Below are positions 35,201 to 36,447 of a DNA stretch of 36,447 nt, one piece after another. Source of the stretch: a virus (lineage: Duplodnaviria; Caudoviricetes); IMG/VR virus record IMGVR_UViG_3300013767_000052, positions 1 to 36,447 of that record; one strand, 5' to 3'. Below the pieces are notes generated by a model that saw only the letters and a program-made list of their open reading frames with translations, searched no databases and was not told the DNA's origin. Position 1 is the first letter of the stretch. Every line of letters starts with the position of its first letter. The position numbers were made by a program, and so were the translations under genes.

Positions 35201-35606
35201 GCAGCAGCTCATCCGGTTGATTCACGTCGCAAAGCATGAACTGGCGATGGCCGATGACAGCTACCGTGCTGTCCTCAGGCAGGTTGGAAGAAAGGAATCG
35301 GCCGCCGATCTGACCATTCCAGAGCTGGAGAAGGTCTTGGAACACCTGAAGCGCTGCGGCTTTAAAGTGCGTTCCAAAAAGGGCGTGCGCGGTCAGGCCG
35401 ACGACGAGCAGTCGAAGATGATCCGGGGCCTATGGCTTGAGCTGGCGGATCGTCGCGTCGTACAGAACCGGTCTGAGGAGGCGCTCGGGGCTTTTGTAAA
35501 GCGCATGACGCACGTCGACGCGCTCGAATGGCTCAGTTCCGCCCAGGCATCCCGTGTAATTGAGCACCTCAAAAAATGGCGTGACAGGACGACGGAGGCC
35601 GTATGA
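35190..35606 (+). CDS. gemA: GemA/gp16 family regulatory protein
   Basis: LIRLIHVAKHELAM.DDSYR..L...GRKESAADL, KMIRGLW, VIEHLKKW. Confidence 0.9.
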   Translation: MADRQQLIRLIHVAKHELAMADDSYRAVLRQVGRKESAADLTIPELEKVLEHLKRCGFKVRSKKGVRGQADDEQSKMIRGLWLELADRRVVQNRSEEALGAFVKRMTHVDALEWLSSAQASRVIEHLKKWRDRTTEAV

Positions 35607-35974
35607 AGGACGAAACGTTCAAAAGCAAAGGGCCGGAACTGCTGGTCGACTTGTCTCTGCAGGTCGCCCAGGCCCTGATCGAACTGGCCGACATCGGCGC
35701 CGACCAGGCGAACCAGCTCGGGCGCGAGATCGCCGACCGCATGGCCGGCCACTGGGGCGGCCAGAACATTTACTTCCCGATGGGTGTGTCGTACCGGCTG
35801 TCCCAGCGCGATCGGAAGATTTTTGACGAATTCCGCGGCGACAACCATGCCGAACTGGCGCGAAAGTTTGGCGTGTCGCTCCAGTGGATCTACAAGATCA
35901 TTAAGGCGGTCCGTCGCGAGGAAATCGCCGCGCGCCAACGCGATCTTTTTGCAAGCCCCACCTCTACTGACTGA
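35603..35974 (+). CDS. mor: Mor/C family transcription activator
   Basis: WGGQNIYFP...RDRKIFDEFRGDNHAELARKFGVSLQWIYKII. Confidence 0.93.
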   Translation: MKDETFKSKGPELLVDLSLQVAQALIELADIGADQANQLGREIADRMAGHWGGQNIYFPMGVSYRLSQRDRKIFDEFRGDNHAELARKFGVSLQWIYKIIKAVRREEIAARQRDLFASPTSTD

Positions 35975-36290
35975 TCCTGAGGGGCTGCCTTGACAGGCAA
36001 GTGGGCTCCCCTCAGACTTCTCAGCAGCCGTCGACGTAGCGCCGCAGAATCGGTCCGCAAGTGTTGTCGTAAATCCCGCGTCCGCCAGTGGACAACGGTG
36101 TTGTCCCCACCACAAGGGCGGGGACAACCGCTTCGCGGTCCCACCGTTGACCACTGTCTCCTCGCGAACCTTGCCTTCGGCCTGACGCGGCCCTCGCGGG
36201 CCTTGCCCCAGAGAGAGATATTTCTGTTTCAACCTACGCAAGCGGTTTGCAAGCGCCGTTCCGTGTGATCCCGTTCCATCCCGCGTCATA

Positions 36291-36337
36291 CCGGAAATAT
36301 CACGCGTTTCCCCTTGGAAATATCTCACCTCTCTTCA
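36291..36337 (-). repeat. Right terminal inverted repeat with putative transposase-binding sites
   Basis: GAGATATTTCC and GTGATATTTCC on the minus strand, 23 bp apart, mirroring the left end. Confidence 0.85.
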
Positions 36338-36343
36338 CGCGAG
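36338..36343. repeat. Target site duplication, right copy (CGCGAG)
   Basis: Matches 122-127. Confidence 0.9.
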
Positions 36344-36359
36344 CGCCTAAGATAAGGGG

Positions 36360-36447
36360 ATGACTGCCACCGCCCCCCTCTGCCACCATCCGGCGAACAT
36401 GGCTGGCCGCGACTTCGCCGTCGGCGACCTGCACGGCTGCGTGGATG
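36360..36447 (+). CDS. Host metallophosphoesterase (Ser/Thr phosphatase-like), 5' part only
   Basis: MTATAPLCHHPANMAGRDFAVGDLHGCVD contains the GDxHG motif; purine-rich RBS-like run just upstream; truncated by the window. Confidence 0.8.
   Translation, partial: MTATAPLCHHPANMAGRDFAVGDLHGCVD

Larger units (their letters stand above)
128..36337. mobile_element. Complete Mu-like transposable prophage (B3/BcepMu-type divergent layout, contractile tail)
   Basis: Begins TG at 128 and ends CA at 36337; terminal inverted repeats match 16/20; flanked by direct repeat CGCGAG; carries DDE transposase, ATPase, Mor, GemA, Mu-type head and P2-type tail genes. Confidence 0.95.

Noticed and set aside
35990-36268. 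92-aa ORF after mor
   Set aside because: Its TTG start coincides with a -35 box, there is no good RBS, and the region is dominated by inverted repeats.
36060-36290. CRISPR array or tRNA at the right end
   Set aside because: No regularly spaced repeats with spacers, and no cloverleaf with T-loop and anticodon arm.
128-36337. mom/com, gam or DNA methyltransferase genes
   Set aside because: No ORF with the matching motifs was recognised; the small unknown early ORFs cannot be assigned.

Overview
The window holds one apparently complete 36,210-bp transposable (Mu-like) prophage at 128..36337. It is bounded by TG...CA ends with imperfect terminal inverted repeats and a 6-bp target duplication (CGCGAG at 122-127 and 36338-36343). 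It inserted just upstream of a host metallophosphoesterase gene in a high-GC host, probably a Burkholderia-like betaproteobacterium (inference). The layout is divergent, as in B3/BcepMu. Early and transposition genes (ner-like, cII-like, DDE transposase, AAA ATPase, HU, GemA, Mor) run rightwards from about 27.5 kb. The repressor operon, lysis cassette, Mu-type head genes and P2-type contractile tail genes run leftwards. Most interesting: (1) a peptidase-less repressor whose C-terminal Q-x-F-xxx-VGQA motif is matched at the N-terminus of the translationally coupled membrane protein next door, an arrangement like amyloid/homotypic signalling pairs; (2) a Pro-rich peptide plus SLATT-like 2TM pair in the same operon; (3) an Aca-like HTH operon with a palindromic operator driving an SGNH lipoprotein; (4) late promoters whose -10 box lies in the loop of a hairpin that masks the RBS or start codon; (5) a structured non-coding region at the right end; (6) a UCC_UUU_CGC +1 frameshift candidate in the tail chaperone. 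All family assignments come from motif recognition and synteny, not from database searches.
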